Source: Armatimonadota bacterium
GTDB taxonomy: Bacteria; Armatimonadota; UBA5829; DTLH01
Assembly: GCA_038207085.1 (NCBI GenBank)
Contig: JBBRAE010000004.1
Coordinates: 107,361-171,360, forward strand
Direction of reading: 5' to 3'
DNA: 64,000 nucleotides
Every line of letters begins with the position of its first letter. Positions within the stretch are counted from its first letter, which is position 1. Shown here in pieces: positions 1 to 8,117 of this stretch. A program made the position numbers and the translations under genes. The notes under the pieces are model-generated. The model was not told the origin of the DNA. It did no database searches and was given only the letters and a program-made list of their open reading frames with translations.

Positions 1-179
1 GGCACTCCTCTCAAAGTAGATGACGTGAAAGAATGTCGGCAATATACTGTGGTCCAAACAGGGCAATGCCGTGAAGGGATCAGCATGTAACGCAGCGACG
101 AGTTCTCCAGTAGTGCTCTATTATTCCGCGTATACGCTGCGACTGAAACATACCCCCGCGTCAGTCTACGGACGGCTTG

Positions 180-209
180 AGTTTATCACCCGAACGGACT
201 TAATGTCAA
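180..209 (-). promoter_or_regulatory. sigma70-type promoter for a gene starting just left of the window
   Basis: Minus strand TTGACA-18 nt-TAAACT with TGn extension; SD-like GAGAGGAG at positions 5-12 (minus). Confidence 0.6.
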
Positions 210-364
210 GCTTCACGAACGGGGTGGGGAGAGCTGTTAGCTATTAGCTGTCAGCATTTTGCTTCGGACTCTTGTCACGCACCTGTCTCTCTTAACTTCG
301 GTATAATTACCTGGGGTCTGGAGGCCTTTTCTGGAGCGGGGTGTGGATTTTTTGATCGTGCATT

Positions 365-485
365 GATCGTGCCGTGTCTCCAGACGCGGCACGCATATTT
401 GAGGGGTCTTCTGACCCCGATTCATGCGCTGCGGGGTCAGAGACCCTGGGAATGTCCGCACCGAGTCTGGAGACTCGGTGCGATC
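365..485 (+). repeat. Repeat family A, ~120 bp GATC-bounded multi-hairpin REP/MITE-like element, copy 1
   Basis: Near-identical reverse-complement copy at 47784-47904; built from GGGTC..GACCC-type hairpins. Confidence 0.9.
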
Positions 486-524
486 TATATCGGTGAACCG
501 GTGCGATCGGTTCTCAGCTGAAAC

Positions 525-1331
525 TCAACTCTGTTCCGCGCCGGGGACGGGTTGTCCGGTCGGCTGGGTGTCGCCATTGGTCGATTCCGGGTTTGACGGC
601 GGCCTGTTTCTTAGAATCCTGGAGGCGATGATCGCAACCACTATGATCGTTCCAAGGGCGATCCAGATACCCATCGGCACGATCGGTCCCCAGCGGGTCA
701 GCATGAAGTCGACCCGGCCAATCAGGAGCGACATCCTCGCCATAACCGTAGCGCCGAACATTGCGCCGAAGGCGAACATCAGCATCCAGCGCCCGAGGGT
801 CGCCATCTTTCGGACCGAGGGCGCTTTGTGGTCGATCGAGAAGAAGAAGTAGGCCATGACAGTCACAAGCACCGCCACAAAGATGATATTGTTCACCATC
901 GAGGACCACGGAGCGCCGGGGACGGGGAGGACCGGCTTGAACGACGCCCGCATCATCGGGATGTAGTTGTTCGCGAAGTTCTGGAAGATCATTCCCGCGC
1001 TAAGGCCCATAAACAGGCCCATAATGATCCGCGCCACCCATGAATGCCGCTGGCTGTAGATGAAGTAGAACATCAGCCCTGGAATAAGCGCAAGCGCCCA
1101 CCACCACTGGCCCTTGATGGTCATAGCTTCCCACCACGTGGGTTTCAGGAGCTCAGACCAGGTGACGTAGATGATCTGACCGGCGGCCAGGCCGATGAAT
1201 ATGTGCTCAAATAGCCGGTAAAGCGCGTTTTCTCTGTAGAGAATCGAGAATATCGCAAAGGTGCAGATCGCGCCTATCCAGTATATGATATATGTCTTGT
1301 TCGCCGCTAGAGCGTCAGCAAATCCGTCCAA
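525..1331 (-). CDS. Uncharacterised polytopic membrane protein (last gene of DUF6754 cluster)
   Basis: 268 aa, ~7 hydrophobic segments, TTG start 12 nt from the upstream gene; motif FSILYRENALYRLFEHIFIGLAAG. Confidence 0.85.
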   Translation of the reverse strand: MDGFADALAANKTYIIYWIGAICTFAIFSILYRENALYRLFEHIFIGLAAGQIIYVTWSELLKPTWWEAMTIKGQWWWALALIPGLMFYFIYSQRHSWVARIIMGLFMGLSAGMIFQNFANNYIPMMRASFKPVLPVPGAPWSSMVNNIIFVAVLVTVMAYFFFSIDHKAPSVRKMATLGRWMLMFAFGAMFGATVMARMSLLIGRVDFMLTRWGPIVPMGIWIALGTIIVVAIIASRILRNRPPSNPESTNGDTQPTGQPVPGAEQS

Positions 1332-1343
1332 GTGAGAAAACCC

Positions 1344-2201
1344 CTATCTTCCGGCCCCGCGCCGTGAAAGCACGTAGCCGATGTTTCCAAGCACGATGAG
1401 CGCCATCATCAGGATGTGCGAAGTGGAAAGCGCGCCCTTAGCTCTGGTCGCAAACCCCTGCACGTGGAGAAGCTGTTCGTACTGCGTCGCTCCGATAAGC
1501 CCCGGGAGCATGCCGACGATCTGGTGGGCGTCGAGGTAGTTGTAGGCCTCTGGAGCCATAACCGCGGTCGGGCAGTAGGCGATCGGCACCCGGTAGGGCT
1601 GGCCCATATAGCCGATCCAGAGCGGTAGCGTCGCAGAAGGCGTGATTTCGACGATCAACCCGACGTTTCGCGCGGATTTTATTCCCTTCATCATCGGGAT
1701 ATCGGAGAGTTTTGTCCCGTTGCGGTCGGTTTTGAGCTGGCCGACCATGTCCACGCTCATCCCCTGGATGATCAGGTCCATGTAGCCACTCGGTCTCCAG
1801 CCTATCGCGACCCAGTCCTTGCCGTATACCTTGCCCATCTCTTTGGCGATGGTGTTCACTGTGTCGTAGGCAAGAGTCGTCCCCTGCTGGTCAAAGGGCA
1901 GGAGCATGAAGGGAACGCCCTTCTGGAACATATGCCGCGCCATCACTTCGGTCTGCGGCCTGTTCTCTGGGTCCGTGCTCGCCGACCAGATGATCGACAT
2001 AACGGCGATCTTGCCCTTGGGGACCTTCTCCACGGCGTCGTAGACTCCCCTTACCTCCTGGGAAACCGGGAGCTGCGGGTTTGGGACGACCTTGTTTAGG
2101 ACCGGGAAGTAGACCGTCATCATCGGGATCGCGACTACCACAAGGAGCAGCACGTAAATGATCCTTCGGTCAATATTTTGAATGTTTATAAGAAATCTCA
2201 T
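1344..2201 (-). CDS. Uncharacterised membrane-anchored protein (TM - alpha/beta domain - TM)
   Basis: 285 aa; N-terminal DRRIIY+TM, C-terminal GLIGATQYE and SHILMMALIVLGNIGY; operon spacing. Confidence 0.85.
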   Translation of the reverse strand: MRFLINIQNIDRRIIYVLLLVVVAIPMMTVYFPVLNKVVPNPQLPVSQEVRGVYDAVEKVPKGKIAVMSIIWSASTDPENRPQTEVMARHMFQKGVPFMLLPFDQQGTTLAYDTVNTIAKEMGKVYGKDWVAIGWRPSGYMDLIIQGMSVDMVGQLKTDRNGTKLSDIPMMKGIKSARNVGLIVEITPSATLPLWIGYMGQPYRVPIAYCPTAVMAPEAYNYLDAHQIVGMLPGLIGATQYEQLLHVQGFATRAKGALSTSHILMMALIVLGNIGYVLSRRGAGR

Positions 2202-2219
2202 TTAGCGATTACCTGCCGC

Positions 2220-3527
2220 CTACTTGTCGAAATACGCGCCGCGCTCGAGACTGAGCCAGATTCTAAGACCCATAGCAAGCGCGCCTACACCGATGCCAAA
2301 CGCCATCCCCCGCTGTGCGGCGGCGTTCGGGATTTCCATAATCCAGCCCCGAATGATGTCGAGATGCAGGAACGAAAGGCTCGCCGGGAGCCCGCTTGTA
2401 AGCCATATACCGAACGGGACGAACCCGAGCATAACCAAAAACGCAGCGATCATCATAAGCGCCGCCTCAGCCGAGCGAATGCGAAACGCTCTGTAAGCCG
2501 CCGACACGATGTAGAATGCGACCATCGCGAACATCGAAGCCTGGAGCTGGGCGAGCCCGCCGTTAAAGAGCACGTCATACCAGGCGCTTCCAAGGGCTTT
2601 GGTGTTTCCTCCCGCCCTGCCGTAGGTCTGCATCATTCCAAAAACGATTATAGCAATGAACGCTACGAAGAAGGCGATACTGCTCGGCCACCCGAGCTTG
2701 TGCTTGGCGATCGTCTTGAAGTGGATCGAGAGCAGGTTGATGATGCCAAGGAGCAGCGTGAAGCCTCCGATGACACTGCTGACGGTGCCGATCGTGTCTT
2801 TATAGCCTGTCAGAAAGTTCGACGACGCAGCGCCTGCGGCAAGCCCTGCCGACTCAGCCGCGACTGAAATATTCGCTGCGATCGCACCGATTTCTTCGGG
2901 AGAATCCGCCGTAGAAAGGCTGTTCTTGGCTGCGGTAGCCTCAGCAATCGCTCCTTCGGCCTGACCTGATGAGTCGCCTATCTCGGATATATGCTGCTGG
3001 ATGATCTTTGTGCTCGCGTTGGGTTCAATCATCTTGTCCGTGAGACGGTGCTCTTTTGAAAAAGCGTTGGCGTTGTCGTTCGCGGTCTTCAGGTCGCGAT
3101 TGAGATCGGGTTTCAGCTTATCGATCGAGACTCTGGCTTCGGTCAGGTCCTTGATCGCCGTGTCGAGCTCGCGTGTCGCGGTTGCGATGCGACCTGACTT
3201 CTGGCTTGCGCTCAGCTCATTCTTGGGGTAGGCAAGCGGCTGAAGCGTCTGCGCGGACTGCTGCAGGTGTCTCTGGGCTGCAATGAACCTCGAACGCGCC
3301 AACGACGTGTCGTGGGTGCCTGGGATGAAGAACTCGAGCATATAGAACCATCCCGCAACAAACGTTGCGCCGATGATCAGTATCTTTCGATACTTTTGCG
3401 GCACACGCGTCAGCATGAATAAAAATGCGATTCCGATCAGAATCGAGCCGATCATATACGCGGCAAGCGCCACACCCTGCTTTGGCACAAATAGTGAAAA
3501 GGCCAGGCTGTTACCTAGTCCGATCAT
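2220..3527 (-). CDS. Uncharacterised polytopic membrane protein with a large helical extramembrane insert
   Basis: Start moved to ATG at 3527 (GGAG SD 7 nt upstream); motif FAMVAFYIVSAAYRAFRIRSAEA; Ala-rich amphipathic ~165 aa insert. Confidence 0.85.
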   Translation of the reverse strand: MIGLGNSLAFSLFVPKQGVALAAYMIGSILIGIAFLFMLTRVPQKYRKILIIGATFVAGWFYMLEFFIPGTHDTSLARSRFIAAQRHLQQSAQTLQPLAYPKNELSASQKSGRIATATRELDTAIKDLTEARVSIDKLKPDLNRDLKTANDNANAFSKEHRLTDKMIEPNASTKIIQQHISEIGDSSGQAEGAIAEATAAKNSLSTADSPEEIGAIAANISVAAESAGLAAGAASSNFLTGYKDTIGTVSSVIGGFTLLLGIINLLSIHFKTIAKHKLGWPSSIAFFVAFIAIIVFGMMQTYGRAGGNTKALGSAWYDVLFNGGLAQLQASMFAMVAFYIVSAAYRAFRIRSAEAALMMIAAFLVMLGFVPFGIWLTSGLPASLSFLHLDIIRGWIMEIPNAAAQRGMAFGIGVGALAMGLRIWLSLERGAYFDK

Positions 3528-3540
3528 AAAGAACTCCAAG

Positions 3541-4338
3541 TTATCCCTTCTGGAACGCTTCGCGAAACACCACAAGCGCGTGCTCCATCGAAGGCCAGGT
3601 CGATACCGCAAGCACGCTTGCGGCGATGATTCCAAGCACGATTATCCCAAGGATCACGGCCTTGCCGTAGTCCTGCCCGACAAGGCTTCCAAGAAGCGTG
3701 GGCTCACGCGAAAGATAGGCGCTTGCGGCGTAGTACTCATCCCCGATGATCGTATAGTCGCACGTGGCGATAAAAAACGGTATCTGCGTGATCTGAGGCG
3801 TGCCCGCGATCTGGATCGCCCCGACCGTGCGCCCGTTTTCAGCCAGAATCAGCGCTTCAGCGAAGAAGTCGCCGAAGTAAAACACGGACGCGACCTGCTC
3901 GCGGTGCATCATACCGATCACACCCGAAGTGTAGGCGAACTGGTTGTCCGGCATAAATCGAATGTCTTCGGGGTTGTAGGCGTCCGGGACACCCTCAGCC
4001 TCGTAAGCGTCGCGCGCCGACTCCTGGGTGATCGTGTATAGAATGGAGTCGAGCACCGGGACGATGATCCGTGCCCGATACTTGGCGGCGGATTTTATGA
4101 CGTGCCCGAGGATCGAAAGCGCCTGAAGGCTTACGATGGAAAACCCGCTGATTCCCGGTGAAAAGATCATCGGTTTGCCCATCTCGGTTGCCCGGCCCAC
4201 GGCTTCATCGATCGCCGAAAGCCCGGGGATTCTTCTGATAAAAAGCCTCCGGCCCGCGCGTGCGGACAGGATCTTGTAGAGAATCAGAAAGACCAGTATT
4301 CCCTCAAACAATATGATTGTCAGGTCGGCATGCTGCAT
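3541..4338 (-). CDS. DUF6754 domain-containing membrane protein
   Basis: IRRIPGLSAIDEAVGRATEMGKP and QIPFFIATCDYTIIGDEYYAASAYLSREP motifs recognised as DUF6754-like. Confidence 0.8.
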   Translation of the reverse strand: MQHADLTIILFEGILVFLILYKILSARAGRRLFIRRIPGLSAIDEAVGRATEMGKPMIFSPGISGFSIVSLQALSILGHVIKSAAKYRARIIVPVLDSILYTITQESARDAYEAEGVPDAYNPEDIRFMPDNQFAYTSGVIGMMHREQVASVFYFGDFFAEALILAENGRTVGAIQIAGTPQITQIPFFIATCDYTIIGDEYYAASAYLSREPTLLGSLVGQDYGKAVILGIIVLGIIAASVLAVSTWPSMEHALVVFREAFQKG

Positions 4339-4391
4339 TTGTTAGTTCAAAGTGCAGAGTTTAGAGTGGAGAGTGGGAAGCCCGATTGCCC

Positions 4392-4513
4392 GATCGTGCG
4401 CGATGTGTATCGCGCACGCAAAGAAGAATTAGGGAGTTCACTCCCGATGAATTGACTGAATCCCCATTCACCTTTCTTCTGTTTCGGTCGAGATGAATAT
4501 CCCGACCCCGATC
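4392..4513 (+). repeat. Repeat family B, GATC-bounded stacked-hairpin element, copy 1
   Basis: Shares ATCGCGCACGCAAAGAAGAAT.AGGGAG....CTCCCG with 31293-31424 and, reversed, 59515-59673. Confidence 0.9.
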
Positions 4514-4538
4514 AAGGTTCCACTTTACACTTTTAACT

Positions 4539-4838
4539 TTACGCTTTACACTCCTTTTGTTCCGCCAATTCTTCTATACGCTGGATCAGGCGTTCAACGT
4601 TTTCGCGCACTTGCAGAAATCTGGTGAATCGGGCCATTTTCTGCGGGCCGAACAGTGGCCCGAGAAACGGCATTGCGACGACCATCGCCTGCCCGGCTAC
4701 AAAGCTTAGAGGCTTGTGCATCTCAAGAAAGAGCACCGCTGGCACCTCCAGACGGTGCTTTGCGATGGTCGATGCGGCCTCCTCGATCACCTCTTGGGTT
4801 TCCTGCTCGCCGAGCGGTTCGCCTAGTTCATAAAACAT
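4539..4838 (-). CDS. Conserved hypothetical protein
   Basis: 99 aa, PAVLFLEMHKPLSFVAGQ motif; overlaps the end of the upstream gene. Confidence 0.75.
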   Translation of the reverse strand: MFYELGEPLGEQETQEVIEEAASTIAKHRLEVPAVLFLEMHKPLSFVAGQAMVVAMPFLGPLFGPQKMARFTRFLQVRENVERLIQRIEELAEQKECKA

Positions 4839-5274
4839 GTTCTGTCAGGCCTTTCACCGCTTCCAAAACCTCGGCGCGTTTGTCTCCGAAGCGCACATAA
4901 ACGCCTCTGTAAGCCTCAAGGCGCGAGTGTCTCGCAAGCGGACTCAGCTTCACACCCTGGTCGTCTGCATAGACATTCCTCACGTCTTTCCACGCCATCA
5001 GGCGCTTGCCGATTGCAGTCGACGCCGAAACGTGGGTTGAGGTGAAGGTGTAATTCATCGGCAGGAGAAAGTCCGAAAGTGCGCCGAAAAGCGCGAACGC
5101 CATCAGCGCCGCAGGAAGCAGGCTGCCATACCAGCCGAGCGCGAGCACTCCAGTCGCCGCAACCGCACCCAGCACCACCGCAAGCTTTTGCGGCTGTTCT
5201 TTCGCGAGATGCACGCGCCAGCGGAGTATCACATTCTCATCCCCGACGGCATTGTTCGTTAAGGTATTGCTCAC
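4828..5274 (-). CDS. Hypothetical membrane protein (2 TM + PH-like C-terminal domain)
   Basis: 148 aa; two TM helices, then beta-rich WKDVRNVY...LSPLARHSRLEAYRGVYVRF. Confidence 0.75.
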   Translation of the reverse strand: MSNTLTNNAVGDENVILRWRVHLAKEQPQKLAVVLGAVAATGVLALGWYGSLLPAALMAFALFGALSDFLLPMNYTFTSTHVSASTAIGKRLMAWKDVRNVYADDQGVKLSPLARHSRLEAYRGVYVRFGDKRAEVLEAVKGLTEHVL

Positions 5275-5342
5275 TTTTTAATGTAGTCGCCCAGATATTA
5301 TACGCTCAAAGCCACGGTTTTGGCTTCATATTACTCTCGGAC

Positions 5343-5371
5343 ATTATAGATGTGGTACCCTGGGGTGTCAA
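5343..5371 (-). promoter_or_regulatory. Perfect consensus sigma70 promoter of the membrane-protein operon
   Basis: Minus strand TTGACA-17 nt-TATAAT. Confidence 0.8.
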
Positions 5372-5541
5372 GCGAGACGCCAAACTGACCCGCGTTCACA
5401 TTTTGCGTAGAAATTGGCAACGTGCCTGAGCGTGAAATGGGGTAATTTGCGAATTTATTCTAATGGATCAGGCGAATAATTGACATATATGCTTTCGACG
5501 GCTAAACTTGAATATATCCCATCAGACAAGCGAGACTTCTT

Positions 5542-6750
5542 ATGAAGGCTGAAGATCAGTTTATTATTAATATTGAAGAGCAGGAGGCGGTCCTCTCGGA
5601 AAACGATCACCTCAGGCACTATCTGGGGCACTTCGGCGGCGCGCTTGTGCTGTTTGGACCGGAATGCGTGGTGCTCTGGACGAACCAGGTGACCGAGCAG
5701 CGGTTTGGCATTCCCGGCCCGGTCATCGGGATGAACTGCCACGACATGAACCACCACACCCCCGAGCAGTGCGATATCTGTCCGATCGGTCGGGCGCTGG
5801 CGACTGGCAACGAGGAGCAGGGGATACTCGACCTTGCGATCGCCTCCGGGGAACTGCGAAGCTATGAGATAACCGCCACACCCATTCTCGGTTCGTTTGA
5901 CTGTGCCGGCCAGGTAATGGCGCTCGCTCGGGACGTCACGGAACGGGTTCGGGTGGAGCGCGAGCTTCACAAACGCACTGAACGTCTGGAGATACAGAAC
6001 AAGCGGGTGGTGGAGGCTTCCAAGCAGAAAAGCCGCTTTATCGCGAGCCTTTCCCACGAGCTTCGCACCCCGCTCACATCGATCATCGGCTTTAGCCAGA
6101 TTCTTCTTGAAGACACCGACGACCCACTTTCGTCGGGCCAGAAGAACCTGCTTGGCAAGGTGAACGGCAACGCAGAGCGGCTTCTCGGCATGATAAACGA
6201 TCTGCTGGACCTCGCCAAAATGGAGTCGGGCCACCTCTCAGTCAACACAAGCCGTGTAGACCTCTGCTCACTCATCGCTCAGGTGGTCGACACGATGCAG
6301 CCTCTTGTGCGCGGCAAGGAGATCGCCCTTTCGTGTCAGACCGACGAGAACCTGCCCATCATCCGCACCGACGAGCAGAAGCTGTGCCAGATACTCGTGA
6401 ACCTCGTCTCAAACGCGATCAAGTTCACCCCTGAGGGCTCGGTCACGGTTAGCGCCGGGCTTTTGGGGAGCAAAGTGGCGATTTCCGTCACGGACACAGG
6501 AATTGGCATCCGCCGCACCGATTTCGGCAAGATATTTGATGAGTTCCATCAAGTCGAAGCCCCGCCTGTCCGTCGCGAAGGCACTGGGCTTGGGCTTGCG
6601 ATCACCCGGCGGCTAGTCTATCTGCTTGGTGGCGAGGTGCATGTCTCAAGCAAGCTCGGAGAAGGTTCTACATTCACAGTGACGCTCCCCGTGTCGCTCA
6701 GTCAGTCGATTCTCAATCGCAGGTTTGACGACCAGGCTGCCGGAAAGTAG
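5542..6750 (+). CDS. Cytoplasmic PAS-domain sensor histidine kinase
   Basis: H-box SHELRTPL, N-box NLVSNAIKFT, G-boxes DTGIGI and GTGLGL; N-terminal PAS; no TM segment or receiver domain. Confidence 0.93.
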   Translation: MKAEDQFIINIEEQEAVLSENDHLRHYLGHFGGALVLFGPECVVLWTNQVTEQRFGIPGPVIGMNCHDMNHHTPEQCDICPIGRALATGNEEQGILDLAIASGELRSYEITATPILGSFDCAGQVMALARDVTERVRVERELHKRTERLEIQNKRVVEASKQKSRFIASLSHELRTPLTSIIGFSQILLEDTDDPLSSGQKNLLGKVNGNAERLLGMINDLLDLAKMESGHLSVNTSRVDLCSLIAQVVDTMQPLVRGKEIALSCQTDENLPIIRTDEQKLCQILVNLVSNAIKFTPEGSVTVSAGLLGSKVAISVTDTGIGIRRTDFGKIFDEFHQVEAPPVRREGTGLGLAITRRLVYLLGGEVHVSSKLGEGSTFTVTLPVSLSQSILNRRFDDQAAGK

Positions 6751-6776
6751 CAATCAGCCTTTCTCCGTGACTCCGA

Positions 6777-6805
6777 TTGACAATCCACCCGCCCACTGGT
6801 AGGAT
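6777..6805 (+). promoter_or_regulatory. sigma70 promoter of the LacI gene
   Basis: TTGACA-17 nt-TAGGAT. Confidence 0.55.
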
Positions 6806-6833
6806 AATTACGCCAACAGTTTGCATTATCCAC

Positions 6834-7811
6834 ATGAAGAACAACACCGTCAATCAGGAAACGATCGCGAGGATGCTTAATGTGTCCCGGAGCACCGTTA
6901 CCAAGGTGCTGAACCACGACCCCGTCTACAGGGTGTCGGCGGAGACGCGCGAGCTTATCTTGAAGACGGCCGCCGACATCGGGTTTCATCTGCGGCGACG
7001 GAGGACGGGGAACATCGGGTTCATCGTCTGTGGCGAGGTCCATTCGGCGATGCACGAGACGCATCAGGCCGTCTGCGAAGAGGCTGTAGAGCTCGGGTAC
7101 CGGGTGTTTTTCGTCAATAAGCCTCCGAATCCTACTTATAGAGACATCAGCCTGTCGGTGAACCCGCTTGCGGCCGACGGGGTGATTCTGATCGGCGACG
7201 TACTGCCTGAGGTCGCTTGTCAGTTGAGCATGGTGATGCCGACGGTGGTCGTCGACCCTTACACGACCATCCCTGATGTTGACAACGTCTGCGCCGACCA
7301 CGCCCTGCTCTCAAGGCGACTAAACGAGCTCATTATCAGCTGCGGGCACGAGCGTTATGCGATCATAGTCGACACCCGGAAGGGTCAGCACAACTCGACC
7401 GCGCTTGCGGGGTGCAGTGCGGCGCTCAAAGCCGCGGGACTCAAGTTCGACAATACGCTGGTCTGGGAGAAGTCCGGCAAGCTCTATCCCAAGCTTATAG
7501 CCGATGTGCTCGCTCACCCCGCGAGCCCGACGGCGATCCTCGCCTTCACCACCTCCGACCACCCAGCGATCCTTTCGACACTTTTTGCGCTCGGGCATCT
7601 CGTCCCCGAGCATATCAGCTACGTCGGCTGGGCGACTTCATACTTTTCAAGCCTTTCCGCCTTCCCCAAAATCACCTGCCTCGACTCCTACAACCAAGTG
7701 ATGGCCAAAACCGCCGTCCGCCGCCTTATGGAGCGAATAGAAACCCGCGACCTGCCGGTCGAGGACATCGTGATAGATGTCGATATCGAGCGCGGGGAGA
7801 CGCTTTTGTAG
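6834..7811 (+). CDS. LacI family transcriptional regulator
   Basis: N-terminal HTH QETIARMLNVSRSTVTKVLN...VSAETRELI; periplasmic-binding-protein-like C-terminus; start set at ATG 6834. Confidence 0.9.
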   Translation: MKNNTVNQETIARMLNVSRSTVTKVLNHDPVYRVSAETRELILKTAADIGFHLRRRRTGNIGFIVCGEVHSAMHETHQAVCEEAVELGYRVFFVNKPPNPTYRDISLSVNPLAADGVILIGDVLPEVACQLSMVMPTVVVDPYTTIPDVDNVCADHALLSRRLNELIISCGHERYAIIVDTRKGQHNSTALAGCSAALKAAGLKFDNTLVWEKSGKLYPKLIADVLAHPASPTAILAFTTSDHPAILSTLFALGHLVPEHISYVGWATSYFSSLSAFPKITCLDSYNQVMAKTAVRRLMERIETRDLPVEDIVIDVDIERGETLL

Positions 7812-7861
7812 ATCAAGTAGGAATTAGGGATTAGCTCCCGAGGATTGGCCTGTGTTGATTC

Positions 7862-8010
7862 TTTGGGTGGAGCGCACGTTTCGAGAGCCTCAACGTGATT
7901 AGATTTAGGTTGATCTATACTTGAGAGATGGTGCCTCGCTCACCCTTCGACGGACGCTTCGTTGCTCAGGGTGGCGGTTACACATGTCAGGGTGGAGGTA
8001 CAATCTCTCA
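7862..8010 (+). repeat. Repeat family C (~150 bp, TTCGA...CTCA-type REP-like modules), copy 1
   Basis: Reverse-complement copy at 28661-28814; partial copy at 59701-59753. Confidence 0.85.
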
Positions 8011-8058
8011 CACCTCCACCCAAGCCTCCAGTCCCAATCTAGCGGCTCTTCTTCGCGT

Positions 8059-8087
8059 TTGACGCTCGTTTGCTGGGATGATATACT
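8059..8087 (+). promoter_or_regulatory. sigma70 promoter of the polysaccharide locus
   Basis: TTGACG-17 nt-TATACT with TG extension. Confidence 0.7.
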
Positions 8088-8117
8088 TACGTTGCGCTAC
8101 ATCGAAGGTGATGGAGT

